DNA of 64,000 nt from Octopus sinensis (GCF_006345805.1 NC_042998.1:37634001-37698000); one strand, 5' to 3'; shown: positions 38,432-53,440, counted from the stretch's first letter. The notes: generated by a model from the sequence alone, not told the origin. A program made the numbers and translations.

Positions 38432-39952
38432 TTATATGTGATGTGAGGAGCAAAAAATGAGTTTTTCTTTATTTAAAGTGAAGCTCGGGATAATATAATT
38501 TTGAATTACACTATGTGACACACTATTTATAGACTTTCTCCGTTAACTCATTTTTGCCTGCTAATCCAATTATACATCAATAATATCGAATGAAACCTAT
38601 CTATGTATCAACCTTTAGCGTTTTTTAAACACTTCACATGTACATACAAAAATATACGCACGTACTTAATACACATCCACACACGCGTATATTCGTGTGT
38701 GTGTGTGAACGAACGTAAGGATAGCGACCGAGAAAGACAGAATACGAATACAAACAACGCAACATTGTTATGACAAAAAATGATAGTCACATCTCAGTGT
38801 GCACATGTATGCTACCTGTGTAACCGTGTGTGGATGTGTGTGTGTACGTGAGTGTGTGTGCTTGTGTTAAGTTTGTCTAGGTGCCTGGAGACAAATGTAT
38901 ACGTGTTGATGAGGGAAGGCGAAACACTCATTGATGAGAGTAGGACAGCAAGAGTTGTTATTGGAGAACGTGTACCTACACAAAGCTACGAGTATTTACA
39001 TCTGCACACACATAATACGTGGAGAGATAGTAATAAATCCTTGTTTATGTTGGGGAGAGATAAATTCGTTTGAACTTGGTTCTGTCAGTCTCCTGTAAGC
39101 ATTACGTCATAAATCTAGTCCTATTTCAGTGGAATCTTGTATCAATTTGTAATCTAAGACCATATTATCTCACAAAATGTTGACAACATATAACACGGCG
39201 CTGGCGAAGTGTTTCGAAATCAGATGATGATTAATTTCTTTGAAGAATAACTGCATTTTCTATTTACAAATAAATTTATCGGACATCTGGCAGATGTGTG
39301 CGATAAAAATGGTCCCAGGTCCTGAGTGTTAGTTCATTTTCGGGATTTGTAAAAATAAAAGGCTGGATTTTAACTTTAAACTGCAAGATGTAAACTTAAT
39401 ATTGCGAAGCATTTAAACATTTTCTTGACTGATTCTAAATAATAATAATAATAATAATAATGATACTTGCATCCTGATCAACGTTACAAATGTTGTGTAG
39501 TCTCGATTGTATATTTAATAGCACTTGTAGTCGATTCGTTTGTCTGTACCTCTGCCAGGGCACAGGACCTCTTTATCAAGGAAGAGCAGAATGTGTTTCA
39601 TATATAGATGCGTGTGTGTGTATAAGGTTAGTAGAGTTAGAGATTGGAATAACTCTATAAGGGATAAAACTATCCGTTTTACTAGCGGTATAATTACCTA
39701 TGCTAAACCTGGATATACATATAATATGAGCATATTACAGGTAATGACAAAGATAAACATAAGATTATCAGGAATCAAATTTTAAGTAAACAGAAAATGG
39801 ATAAATTTCTCCATTTTTGTGTAGTTTAGATATGCACACTCACATATGTATATATATATATACACACGCACACACACATGTACGCACACACATATACTCA
39901 CACACATACATACACACACGCACGCATATTTATATATATATATATATATATA

Positions 39953-40467
39953 TCTATATATATAAAACTGTAGTTGTGTGAGTGTCTGTCTCCTACGATT
40001 TAGATTCCTAACTTCTCCCACATTTTGCGGTGCAGTTTAACCAAATTCGGGTATCTTATAGTCGTGATTAATATCGAGCCCGTCTGGTTATTGGCGCGCG
40101 TCTACGATGAGTCTACGATTTTAAAAATAATTTAACATCATTTTTTATTCCATTTTAATGCATAATTTTTCGTGTGTCGATGGCGGCGGAGTTGGCGTCC
40201 ACGCTCACGCCTGCACCTGTGTTTGCTTCTCCCCCTTCTTCCCTCCCTCGTGAAGCTGCGGGGAAGGGAGTGTAAAGAAATCAACGTCGTAATGCGTTGT
40301 CAAAGAGACCAGCGTTCTTTTAGAACAACGACTTCATGGCTTGAAGACACCAAAACAGAAATGGCTAAGAAAGCCCGAATTGGCATCTATAAAGGAAGTA
40401 ACTCTCTAAAAATGCTTATATAGTTATTTCCCTTACAAACCCGAGCAACGCCGGGCGATACTGCTAG
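39953..40467 (+). mobile_element. Non-autonomous Helitron
   Basis: 5' TC start (tctatatatataaaactg), 3' hairpin cccgagcaacgccggg (40440-40455), CTAG end, inserted between A and T, no TSD. Confidence 0.85.
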
Positions 40468-41206
40468 TATATATATATATATGGAAAAAAAGTCAAGGTA
40501 GAAAATGGTAAAATAATTTTATAAAAACCATTTCAGTACCGGTTTCAGTCATTGAAAGTTTTTCTTTGTTTCTGCCTGTTTCTGTCTCTCTTGTGGGTTC
40601 GAGGTCGTTGTGAATTATTGGCAGGGAAGAAGAAGGAGTAGAAAAAGGAGAAGGAGTAGAAAAGGAGGAGGAGGAAAGGGAGAAAAAGAATGCAGAAGTG
40701 TTATGATAATAGTAGAATGTTAAATGGTCAAGTGCCCTGAAAGTGACTTGGTGTGCATTGTAGTAGTGATTAAATTCGTGACACATCTCTATTGAATGTA
40801 TTGTTTATAGCATTTGCGTAGGTGTTATTCTAAACAGCAATCATGGTAAAGTTAGGAAGGAGGTGGCGGAGAGGAAGAAAACGAAGAAGAAGGAGAATAA
40901 GTAAGGAATGTATGTGATATGATAGTAGTAGGATGTTAAATGGTCAAGTGACTTAAAAGTAACTCGTTATAGATTATAACTGTGATTGGAAACGATTTTA
41001 ATTGAATTCTTGGGTATCTCTTGAGTGTATCATCTTTAATATTTGCGTTATTCTAAGGCCGTGGTGGATATGTCGTTTGTTGTAACGCGTTCTAAGGGAG
41101 TCTGTATTTTGTAATAAAGCGAGTCTCTTTACTAATTCGTTGGTTATAGGTAGTATCGTCCCTGAATTGGAAGAGAAGAAACATTTTGAAGCACTGTTTG
41201 TTTGTT

Positions 41207-41770
<564 letters not shown>

Positions 41771-42092
41771 AAAGTGTCACTGAAGAAGTCGCAGATGCAT
41801 AACGAGAAGATTTACGGACAATGGACATGAGTTAAGATTTTAAAAAAGTAATAATAATAAGAGCATAAATACATATAAAAGCTTTTGTAAAAAATGCTTG
41901 ATATAGTTACAATAAATAGAAAAAGATTTTAAAAGATTATTTTAAAACTATTTCATAGAAATTTCATTATTTAACAGGATGTCACTAACGCTTGCGGAAG
42001 AAGTTTGTATATAGTATTCGATGTCTAGTGTGTATTTTGTGCATAGGTGACCTTCTATTTTCCAAACACACGTTCCGGGCTAATGCATAAAG

Positions 42093-42590
42093 ATTATTAT
42101 TATCATCATCATTGCCTTTGCACAGCTTCTAAAGCTGGAGATGTACTATGGTGTCAACTGTTTACTTCCATTGAACTAAGGTAACACCTTTTATGTTTCG
42201 AGCACCTTCCGGATTATTCGAGCGGTTCCGAGCAGTGCAAGTGTTCCACCCTTATTGCAGCCCCTATTTGTTCCACGTACTTCTCGAGATTTTTGCTCAC
42301 TGTTCCCAGGGCTCCGACAATTATTGGTACTACTGCTATCTTTTTCATCGACCACAACTGCTTAACTTCCCAAGCTAACCTGTCATATCTCTCGACTTTT
42401 CTCTCTTCCTTATCTCGTACCTTGTTGTCAGCTGGGCATGCTATGTCTATGTTTCTTTTCTTTATTTGCAATAGTGTTAACTATTTCAGATTTGGAATTT
42501 TATAAAGTAGTCTACTTTTGTCTCTCGTAGTTGATCATTTTAATCTTAGAATTTCTATAACTGTCGCAGTAACGGGATAGATGAAATACG
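42093..42590 (-). mobile_element. R4/Dong-like 3' end, second copy
   Basis: IDIACPADNKVRDKEERKVERYDRLAWEVKQLWSMKKIAVVPIIVGALGTVSKNLEKYVEQIG; TAA/TGA-type tail. Confidence 0.85.
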
Positions 42591-42857
42591 TACTGGTTAT
42601 ACATTGGGGCCGATGTAATCGACTGCGCACCTCCCCGAAATCTCAGGCGTTGTGTCTATAATAGAAAGGAACTATTTTACGTAACGAGGGTACCCACCCC
42701 TCCCCGGTTATCTACAATATTATAATTGACTTTCCTCTCGGTATTTAGTTATTGTTCGCAAATATGATAATTCTTTGTTGCTGTAAAGGTTGGAAATGTT
42801 ACTGAATTGTAGCTAATCCTTACCAAGACTCTGAACATATGCGGCTATATATATATT

Positions 42858-42931
<74 letters not shown>

Positions 42932-44049
42932 AGATACAAAGTTATATGTTGAGATCGCTAGTAATGACAATACACAAAATATATAACAGACTGGAAGTGT
43001 AGATTAATAAGTATATATATATATATTTATATATATATATATACATGTGTGTGAGTGCTTGTACATTTAAACTGGGGAAGGTGACGAGCACTTTTGACGT
43101 AGCTCTGTTCAAATAAATGCCAGTCGTGCAGACAGAAACAAATAACAATTAACAAAATATCTGCTTTTAAATGGGAAAGATGTATAGCAATTAATATCTC
43201 ACCCGCTTTCTTCATATGATACTCACCGAATAAATACCACAAACTAAGAGAAAATACAATTGGAAACAGGTCATAGAGGAGCGGTTTAAGAAAAGACTTG
43301 CCGGTGTAAATCCAATAATAATGGCTTCTAATTTCCTAAATTCAATAATAAAGATGGCGCTTTATTATAACCGGAGCAAGAGCACACATTAATGGCATTT
43401 ATGTCCTTTACTCGAAATAATGAAGTCTGACCACAGGAGTAATAAAATTCAAACGCAAAGGGAAGTAATTAAAGCCACGGAACATTTGAATAAAACTATG
43501 TTGATCAGCCATCATTACCGTCACCACCACCACAATCATCATCATCGTTAATATCAACAGCAACAACAAGAATACTTTCAACGATAATATATCTTATTTT
43601 ATATGGAGTGTGTATATATTCTTTGAGACTGAGTTTTCGCTGTAACATATGCTGTTAATATCAACAATATATGCATAACAGTTTCGCTGTTTGTTTTGTC
43701 GAGATAAGTCCAGTAGCGATAACAAGGCAATGGACGAAACTAAGAATAAAATCGTTATTCGTTGTTAAGACAATGAGCTCTAAGATGAGTCTACGTGATA
43801 CAGGTGATCAATGGATCAATACTGGAAACAAACATATCTAGATTCCACCTGGACATAACAAAGAGTAGCTTATCAGAACAAATATTCAACTATAGATATC
43901 TGGATTGATAACATTATTCAATGCAATTATTGAGGGTATTGTAGCTAAAGTTGAGGTACGAAGATCTTGGCACTAGTATTACTGTAACTAAAATTACAGC
44001 TGCTGCTGCCACGACAACTACTACTATTACTACTCTTTTTTACTATTTT

Positions 44050-44250
44050 ACTTTTTACTTGTTTCAGTCATTTGATTGCGGCCATGCTGGAGCACCGCCT
44101 TTAGTCGAGCAAATCGACCCCTGGACTTATTCTTTGTAAGCCCAGTACTTATTCTATCGGTCTTTTTTGCCGAACCGCTAAGTAATGGGGACGTAAACAC
44201 ACCAGCATCGGTTGTCAAGCAATGCTAGGGGGACAAACACAGACACACAA

Positions 44251-44281
<31 letters not shown>

Positions 44282-44443
44282 CACACGACAGGCTTCTTTC
44301 AGTTTCCGTCTACCAAATCCACTCACAAGGCATTGGTCGGCCCGGGGCTATAACAGAAGACAGTTGCCCAAGATGCCACGCAGTGGGACTGAACCCGGAA
44401 CCATGTGGTTGGTTAGCAAGCTACTTACCACACAGCCACTCCT
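44050..44443 (-). mobile_element. SINE family A, full length
   Basis: Close reverse-complement match to 13071-13460. Confidence 0.9.
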
Positions 44444-46712
44444 ACTGATGATAATAATAATGATAATGGTTTCAAATTTTGGCGCAACGCCAGCAATTAG
44501 GAGCGCGTGGATAAGTCGTTTATAACGAACCCAGTCTTTAAATGTATTAACGCAGAAAAAGGATATTTACAAAAAATGTTTCTGACATTGATACTGTTTT
44601 TGGGGGTTTTTTTTTTTTAGATTTTGTAAACAATTCCACAACAAGTGATATATCTCCCCGCCCCTTGCAAATGTAAAACAAACAAAAATAATAAAACAAA
44701 AGAAGAAAGAAATCTGTTGAAAGCACTCATTCGATAAGGAGACTTATGCCACGAAATAAATAAAAGAGTCGTTTCACTGTGTCATGGGACAAACAGGAAA
44801 TTATTATTGACATATTGAAATTAAAAGTAATGAAGTAATTAGCGGTAACAACTGCGCTCGTGTATACGCACATACTTACATACACACAACCATATATGCA
44901 CCACACACAGCCATTATTGAGTAAAAAGGCTATCAAGCAGTTTCTGTTTTTTTCCTTCAGTTTCCAATGTCACAACGAACAGACAATTAGATCCTAAGTG
45001 TGATAACATTATAGCAAATCATTATAACAGATCTGCGGTATAAAGTTGTTATTTTCCCGGACATGGTTTTGGCGGGTTACAAATGAATAAAAGTCTATAT
45101 ATCGTCCCTACTTCAACTACTGGGTCCCTTTTTATACCAACAAAGAAACGTTACACGTAGGGCAGACCGACGAACAAAGGGACTTTATTTCAATTGGTTG
45201 GGACAATGAGTATATGTCTGCATGTGTAGTTTTCGGGAATGAGGACGGATCAAGCAAAAAGCCGAACGAGTAAGAAATACAACTGTGTATACATTTGAGT
45301 CACGTTCCTTAGAGCGATGATAGTTTAGGTTCAGAGTCAGAGATATTAGAAACAATGCTGACTCGTTGTTTGTTGCTACCTCTCTGGCACAGTATGAGAA
45401 AGTAATGAATGCTGAGATCACGAGCACCGGTGGGTTCGCATTCTACGAATGAGATCGTGTGTTTTCCGAGACTACAACATCCATCTTAGTCCTTTCTTTC
45501 GAATCTACAATTATGTCATTGTAAAGAAGGGAGAAGTAGAGCTCATATATGTGATGCGAGGAGCAAAACGTTAGTTGGGAGCTCTCATCTTTGTTGTAGA
45601 TTCGAAAGAAAAGGCTGTGTCATAGTAAAGAGAGAAGTAGAGCTCTTATATATGAGAGGAGCAAAAAGTGAGCTGGGAGTTCTCAGCTCGCAGTTACAAC
45701 AAATGCAAAAAGAAATGGAGGAGCAACAGCAGACACAACTTCTAAGTTTCCGGAAAGTGCTGTTGTTTTGAGGACGTCACCGGTGGAATGTCTGGAGTTA
45801 CCGCTGAAGATAATATAGTCTTCAGTTGGTGCAGCTGATTGGGAAATCGCAGGATCCCTTCTTCAGGCTTTGGTCAGCAGTGTCAGAGGGTAATAGTCAA
45901 CAGCACCTCCAACGTCAGAAGGAAAATATTCCAATTGTACGTATCACACTGAGTTCACCTCGTCTTCTGTATCCCTATCCATTGATACCAACCCACGCTT
46001 ATAAAGAATAGGGACCTAATACAAGACGGAGATATGTAGGGAAATGGCGGTGGATCGGCAGAACCGTTTGTGCGTCGAACAAAATACTTCATATATTTAG
46101 TTCGGCTCCTTACCTTCCGAGTTCAGAACTAATATGGTCACCTATGCCTTTCAGTCATCCGAATTCGATGATTTAAAGCACCAGTCAAGCAGTAAGGTCA
46201 ATTAGTTAACCACTTCGCTCAAATATGCAATAAGATATAAGATTGGTTTCAACTTTTGGCACCAGGCCAGCAATTTCGGGAGAGATCGATCCCAATGCTT
46301 ATCTGGTATTTATTTTATCGACCCCGAAAGGATAGATGGCAAAGGGGACCTCAGCGGAATTTGAACTCTGACCGTCAACGACTAGCTATAATATCGATGG
46401 GCGATAAAGATATAACATTCATATATTTTGAGGAGTCTGTAATGCTTAGATTTTGAAACGCATTTCGCTCCCGTGTTTTTTTGTTTTTTTTTGTCATTTT
46501 CTTCATCTGACTTCTGTTCCATCTGGGTGTTTTATTCAAAATATACACAAATGATTTTACAAGCCCTCCCGTGAAACAAACAAATCTTTCTTCATTATTT
46601 CTCACTCTTTCCCCTTTCTTTCTCTCTCTCGCACTAACTTTACATGGAGAATACAAAATCAGCAATAGAAACTTATTCCTGACAAACACACACGCTTACA
46701 CACAGACACATA

Positions 46713-46746
<34 letters not shown>

Positions 46747-47823
46747 TATATATATATATATATTAGGATAAAGTTATAAGGTGTAAAATAGTGATTTCCA
46801 TTTCTTTACGAAGTTAATATTAGTGTAATTGAAAGGAAATTGTACGAAGCGTAATTGAAACTCGTTCGCATGCACCGATGGCTGTGAGCTTAGAAATACT
46901 TCATTTTGATGCGGTCCAGTTATTTAAATTACTTTATTTCATCAGCCTCTGGAAACTGGTCATATGCAGTGCAAACAGTATTCTATCTACACTGCATTTA
47001 TCATTTACTTTACTTTGCCTCTGGGCCAAAGAAAATATAACGCTTAATTACTATCGCAACACCACAGTAAACGAAGTAGAGCCAATGATAAACTGCCACT
47101 TTCTCTGCTTCGCATTTATCAATCTATTTGTTTTCGTTTCTTTCATTCCGCCTACTCACATCGACAAACTCGCTTCTAGATCTTGAAACAAAGTGTGCGT
47201 GCGATTATTACATGGGTGTGTAAGTGAAGAGAAGGAGGGGAGAGAGAGTGAGTGAGAGAGATGGACGGAGGGAGACAGACAATCAGACAGAGAGGGTAAG
47301 TGAGATCTTGTGCGCAAAACAAATATCTTTCTTGCAATCAAACACAGAATCCTTTTGAAATTCTGTTACTGAAGCACGAACAGCATGAATACCTGGGGTA
47401 GTGTATGTCATGAAGAATTCGACAAGGAGTTTTTAATCTAATTATAAAGATGCAACAATATCTGAGAGCTATTTAACTTTGGTTTGAGAGTTTCGAACTC
47501 TAAATCCCTTTATTTTTCTTTCTAGTTTTCACATAGAATATTTATTGTTTTGCTTCGAATATCAATGATGAAGGTTCATATTTGGAACTATTCTGCATGA
47601 TTTACATATTATTAACTGTTGAATTTAGTTTAAAAGCAACACTTGAATTGAAACTGTGTCTTATATATAATAATAATGGTATTTTAACATAAGCTTTAAG
47701 CTTATATAATAATACCATTATTATTATTTTACAGGATTGTAAAATACGGCACCGCATAACGAAACCCTTCGCGCCGAAAGCATATACATATATATACATA
47801 TATATATATATATACACACACTA

Positions 47824-48253
47824 AAGCTTAGATATGTTTCGACCAAAGATTGGGCCAGGCCATGTGTAACTTAATAGCACCACCTCATAGGGTTATCTAA
47901 ATCCTTTTAAAGTCAAGTTTTGTGGTATCAAGGCCCATTCAAGTAGGGAATTCTTGTTGAGTGAGTTCTATCCAGGGTGGCTTATCCTGTATTCATTGAA
48001 GAAATGTGTCCAGACTCCCTTTAAAGGTGACGAGATACTTTTCCTGTTTGATCAGTTTGGGGACAATGTTAAACAGGGAGGGCCTGTTGAGGAAAAGAAA
48101 TTGTGTCGCAGTGTAACTATATGTTGCGATCCTGAATTGGGCAGGAGACGTATGGCCCGTGGTCCCAGCCTTGGATGAACCATGAAACTAATGTTCAGGT
48201 CGTTTGGGCAATGCTGGCGGTATATTCTCCACATCGTGTAAATGATGTACTGC
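47824..48253 (-). mobile_element. CR1/L2-type LINE 3' end, same family as 16725
   Basis: MWRIYRQHCPNDLNISFMVHPRLGPRAIR; same terminus 'cttagatatgtttcgaccaa'. Confidence 0.85.
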
Positions 48254-49042
48254 TTATATATATATATATATATATGTTGTTTTTTGTGGGAGTGGGGTTG
48301 TCATCAAAGCGTATGAATGAGTATTTCTGTGTGTGCATTAGGAACGTAAGCCTGCATCAAGGGTTAGAGGCAGAGATAAACGTCCTATATAAAAGCTATT
48401 CTAGACCAGAATAAACGCGTGTTTTAACGGCTGTCCTCAAAGAAATCAACGGGTCGGAAGCACCGTCTATGTTTGCATTGCATATCAGAATTATTATATT
48501 AAATACGTTTCATATTCTGAATATGCTTCAAAAACGGACAAATGGTTACTATATATGTAACACAACTGACATAGCTCTATCAATTAAAAATAGAAACGTT
48601 ATTTAAATTTTCGTTTCTTTTTCAGTTCCTTTCGATGATAGCAATTCTCAGGGGGTTCCAGTCTGTAGCATCCATTCAGCTACTTGTCTTATCATTTCAC
48701 ATTACAAATAACCGCTGTAAAAGGGAATTCGCTTGGATACTAATACAAAAGCTGCATACATTCTGCAGCGCGTGTCGGCATGTTCGCTGGCACTTTATAT
48801 ATAAACGAAGTGGAGGAGCGGACAAGAGGCTCTAATACTGTTTTGTTTTCAAAACAGTTTTCATTCATCTAGAGACGGCCTAAAGTCTCGACCACGATCG
48901 AAAGATAACACAAGAAAGCCTGTTTCGTAAGAATTAAGGGAATAAATGGGGAGAAAGATCTACAACGTTATTTCTTTCAATATGAATAAAAGAACTAAGG
49001 CATTTCACTCTCTCGATTTCTTATGTAAGAGTTCTCTCTTTC

Positions 49043-49076
<34 letters not shown>

Positions 49077-49260
49077 GGAGTGAAGAGAACGTCACATATA
49101 CAGTGAAGAAAATTTACATTATTCGTTTATCATTTATTCCCACACAAAAACATATATAGGTGTATTCGTCTGAGTACGCGGGCACACTGTTACTAGAATA
49201 TTTGCTTATATGTGTATATATATATATGTCTATAAATATATGTGTATATATATATATATA

Positions 49261-49391
49261 CAGGGTGTCCCAAAAAAATGTATACACACCTTAAATAATT
49301 GTAAATTTGTTATTCTTTGTAAGCCTAGTACTTATTCTATCGTTCTCTTTTGCCGAACCACTATGTGTATACATTTTTGGGGGACACCCTG
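49261..49391. mobile_element. Tc1/mariner-type MITE containing a SINE A fragment
   Basis: 28-bp TIRs cagggtgtcccaaaaaaatgtatacaca / tgtgtatacatttttgggggacaccctg, TA flanks; 49310-49363 matches SINE A. Confidence 0.88.
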
Positions 49392-49427
49392 TATATATGT
49401 CTATAAATATGCGTGTATATATGTGTG

Positions 49428-49462
<35 letters not shown>

Positions 49463-51252
49463 CTATATATAAATATGTCTAAATATATATGTATTTATAT
49501 ATATAGATATATGTATACATATATATATATATGCATATATATATATATATAGAGAGAGAGATATGTATAGCCATATATATATATATATGTGTGTGTGTGT
49601 TAATATGTATACATGTATGTATATATATATATGCAGATGTTTATAACAGTGTATTCGCGTATAGATGTGAACTCACATCTGTGTATGTATATATACGCGC
49701 GCGCGCGCGTGTGCGTGTGCTTGTGCGTGTGCGTGTGTGTGTGTGTGTTAGTGCTTAGGTTCATAGACTTCTCTGTTCATGGTTAAAAGATTTAACTTCA
49801 CTCACTAAAAGTTAACATCATCTACTAAATTCTGCATGCAAGTATATAACACTGTATGTATGTATGTATGTATGTATGATTGTTTGTATGTATGTGTATT
49901 TGTGTATTCTGCGGTTGCTTGTACTGTTTCTTTGCATCGTTATGTTCGATGTTGTGTGCATGTGTAGTGTTTGGTTCGCTCGCAGATACAATCAGTCATT
50001 GAGCTTTGGAACTTCGTTACGTTATTACGTAATTAAGTTCTTCATGCTGCAAGACAAATTGATTTGCCTCCGTGCAACAACCTGCTTCCACCTACCTAGA
50101 AAACCCGCTCCATTCACTAAGTCATGTTTTACAATTACACGTACGAAATACTTTTCTTTTTGTTTTCACCTTCCAATGTCTTTCCATAGTGATTAAAACA
50201 TATTTAATCTTGCCAAGGTGGCTGTTTATCCCGTTTTATTTTGCCGTATCACAATATCTGCCATGATAAATATATTATTTATAAGTCGAATCGAATATCT
50301 GACACCAACACTCATTAATGAGACAAAAGAAAGCAAGCTGTTAATGACAACATCTAATGTATTATTTACACATGCAACGAGAATAATGAGGCGACGGGAA
50401 ATCATTTACCAATCCTTGTAATAGTTTCCGGCTTTTGTCCGAGCCAAAGCTGGAGCACTGTACTCTATGGCGCTATACTTAATCACGAGTCTCCCCTATC
50501 TGATGGATGAGCAAAGTTGAATGGCAGGCCTTGTTTCTCCGTTTAGATTTCCACTACGTATGCGATTTTACGCACTGCGTCGTGTAGGTGTAGATGAACA
50601 TGAATCAAACGTAATAAACCTCAATAATGTATGCAAGCAAATCTAAAACTTGTTGGTATACACTCTTAGAAGAAGAACTGAACTGTAAGCACATCCTACG
50701 TGAAGGCCATTTCTGACCACGCATCTAACGCGAAAACTGCTGTATTCATAAGCTTATCATCGTATGTATTCCAATGTGCGCATTCAGTCGATGATTAACC
50801 TACTTCCTCTGTATGTATTTTAGCAAGGTATACGATATCTTTCCTTGCTTCCTGCCTGATTAATTCATAGACACACCTCATGATATTGGTTTGCGGTGGT
50901 TACTCAGACCGAGTGCTGTGCATCACGCTTCAGGTCTAAACAGCGGATTTCTTCCAGAGAGAAAGAATAAAAACAAGCACTGGACTGCTACTTTTGCTAT
51001 CAAACCCAAGCGAAATTACAGAGGGCTGCAACGAATATGAAAATTATCGAAATCGTCGCCAATTTGCTGCCTCGCAAATAAATGTAAAGGAAAACCTGAC
51101 AAATAATGTAAAATTTATTTGATAAGACAAAAATTATTGAAATATGGTTTTATAAATTTTAACTGAAAATATAATTATTCAACTTTTAAAGGAAGCAGAA
51201 AAGAGACGATCACATACACTTCATATTTTTTAGTCGGTTTATCATTACTGTG

Positions 51253-51550
51253 AAGGCGCGTGGCTTAGTGGTTTGGGCATTGCGCTCACGATTGTAAGGT
51301 CGTGAGTTGAATTCTCGGTGGCTTTATTTCACATTGCTCCAGTCCACTCAGCTGGCAAAAATGAGTAGTGCTTGTATTTCAAAGGGCCAGCCGTTTCACA
51401 CACTGTGTCACGCTGAATCTCGCTGAGAGCTACGTTAGGGGTACACGTGTCTGTGGAGTGCTCACCCACTTGCACTTTAATTTCACGAGCAAGCCGTTCC
51501 GTTGATCGTATCAGCTGTGACCATCGCCGTCGTAACCGACGGACTGCTTC
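51253..51550 (+). mobile_element. tRNA-derived SINE (family B1)
   Basis: A box 'tggcttagtggtt', B-box-like 'gagttgaattct', core 'ctccagtccactcagctggcaaaaatgagta'. Confidence 0.8.
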
Positions 51551-53014
51551 CATCATTACTACAAATAATATTATCTACGTCCCACTTGCTTTAAGTCACA
51601 CATAACGAGTTTATGTTTGCTTTTTGTTTTTTAATCTTATTGCTATATCTTATTCATTCTTTGTTTATATTTCCTTTGCAAGAGGAAAATATTTAAATGG
51701 GTTTGCCCCAGAAAAGTTTTCGTTCCACAAAGACAGTTTCTCCAGTTGTTCCAGATCACTTCAAGTCGCTGAACAATACTTACACGCATTGCAGTAGCGT
51801 TGATATTATTTTGTCATGTAAACGAGACAACGACTCAATGAGAGATTGTGGCATAGGTTTATACGTGTGGCATGTGTTTATGAGTTTTCAAAGAATAAGA
51901 AACGCCGTAAATGTAAATGATTCAACACTGCGAAATACAAGATTCTATGTAACAATTCCTTCGTCTATGATGGTAGCAAACTAGTCCCATATTGATTTTC
52001 ACATTAAAAGGACGCTATAACTTACCGATTTAATCGAGGTCAGTTTATCGCTAATACTTTCTTTACCACCAAGGAAATGAAGATCGAAATCTTCTTGGTA
52101 GATTTGAACCACTCAACAAGAGATTCGTAACTAAATATTTCATCACGTGTTTGTTCAACACTCCACATTTCATTCACAGCTGTGAAAGTGCAAATATTAA
52201 TATTTCAAATTACCCTAAAATAAACAGATGTCTCTTAAATTAAACGAAATATTAATGAAAATAATCTATAATTAAGTTCTTTCGATCATATTGAAATAAT
52301 TAAAATCAATTTCTTATTTCGTTATTCATTGACTCGCTTTTATTTGTGTTTGCTGTTTTAGTTTTTAAACATCTCAATTACTTTATAGACTAATATTCAT
52401 AAAACAAAATAAACGTTATTTAAACGCACATTTTTCGCCATTCATGTTCTGAATGAAACTTCATAGTGTGGTAAACAATAGAGTTGTTAATTCGGAAATT
52501 CATTTTCTTCACCAATTAAGCAAAGTACACGACACGTGACAACAACTGTTTGCTTAATGGCCAACTTATTTCAGCAGGCATGTACTCCAAATTTGCTAAT
52601 GTGCTAAATTCGTTTCGCTTTCTCTCACCACACACATACATATATATATATTATATATTATGTTCACACACACACACACACACACATGTGTGTATATATA
52701 TATACAGGTATACGTATATACCGAAGGATAAATGGAGGAATGGATGGATATATTTACAAGAGTGAGTTTGCACCAGATTTTGTAAATGTATGAGAAAAAA
52801 TTATTATTCTCAATCGCATGAAATATATAAGCATAAATATATTATGTAATAAGATACACATATGTGCATATATATACACATGTATATATATATACATATA
52901 TATATATACACGACACAAACACATCCACACACATATACACAACATTTTGTAGACCAAAACATAAAGTTAAAATTATAGTAGATATTACAGGGCATTTTCA
53001 TGACACCCAAATCA

Positions 53015-53350
53015 CAAGGCACATGACTCTGTGATAAGAGCGGCGGGTTCGCAATCATGAGATAGTGAGTTCTATTATCGGACAAAGCTGTGTGATTTAT
53101 TCTTGAGCAAGTCTTTTTATTTCACGTTGCTCCAGTTCAGACAGCTCTAGAAATGAGTTGCGAAATCACTGGTGCCAAGGTGTGTCGGCCTTTGCTTTCT
53201 CTTGGATAAAAACGGTGGCGTGGAGCAGAGGAGGCCGGTATGCATGGGCAACTGCTGGTCTTCCACAAATAACTTTGCCTGGACTTGTGACTTGGAGGGG
53301 AACTTTCCAGGTGTAATCCCATGGTCATTCATGACTGAAGGGGGTCTTTG
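53015..53350 (+). mobile_element. tRNA-derived SINE (family B2: B1 head/core, different tail)
   Basis: Core 'tttcacgttgctccagttca..agaaatgagttgcga'; tail 'gcatgggcaactgctggtcttcca' also at 63640-63905 on the minus strand. Confidence 0.7.
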
Positions 53351-53440
53351 ACTGACACACACCCACACATACATATATATATATATGTATGTATATAAAA
53401 ATTCAGGATAAAATCTGTATATGTAGCGGTTAAGGTTAAA

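Noticed and set aside
43330-43480. Homeodomain-site-rich stretch suggesting an enhancer (also 46820-47110)
   Set aside because: TAAT/ATTA motifs are uninformative in AT-rich DNA without conservation data.
51683-51984. 95-aa ORF and a possible terminal exon (GKYLNGFAPEKFSFHKDSFSSCSRSLQVAEQYLHALQ*)
   Set aside because: Acceptor is plausible and FSSCS is reminiscent of metalloproteases, but there is no recognisable domain or supporting exon.
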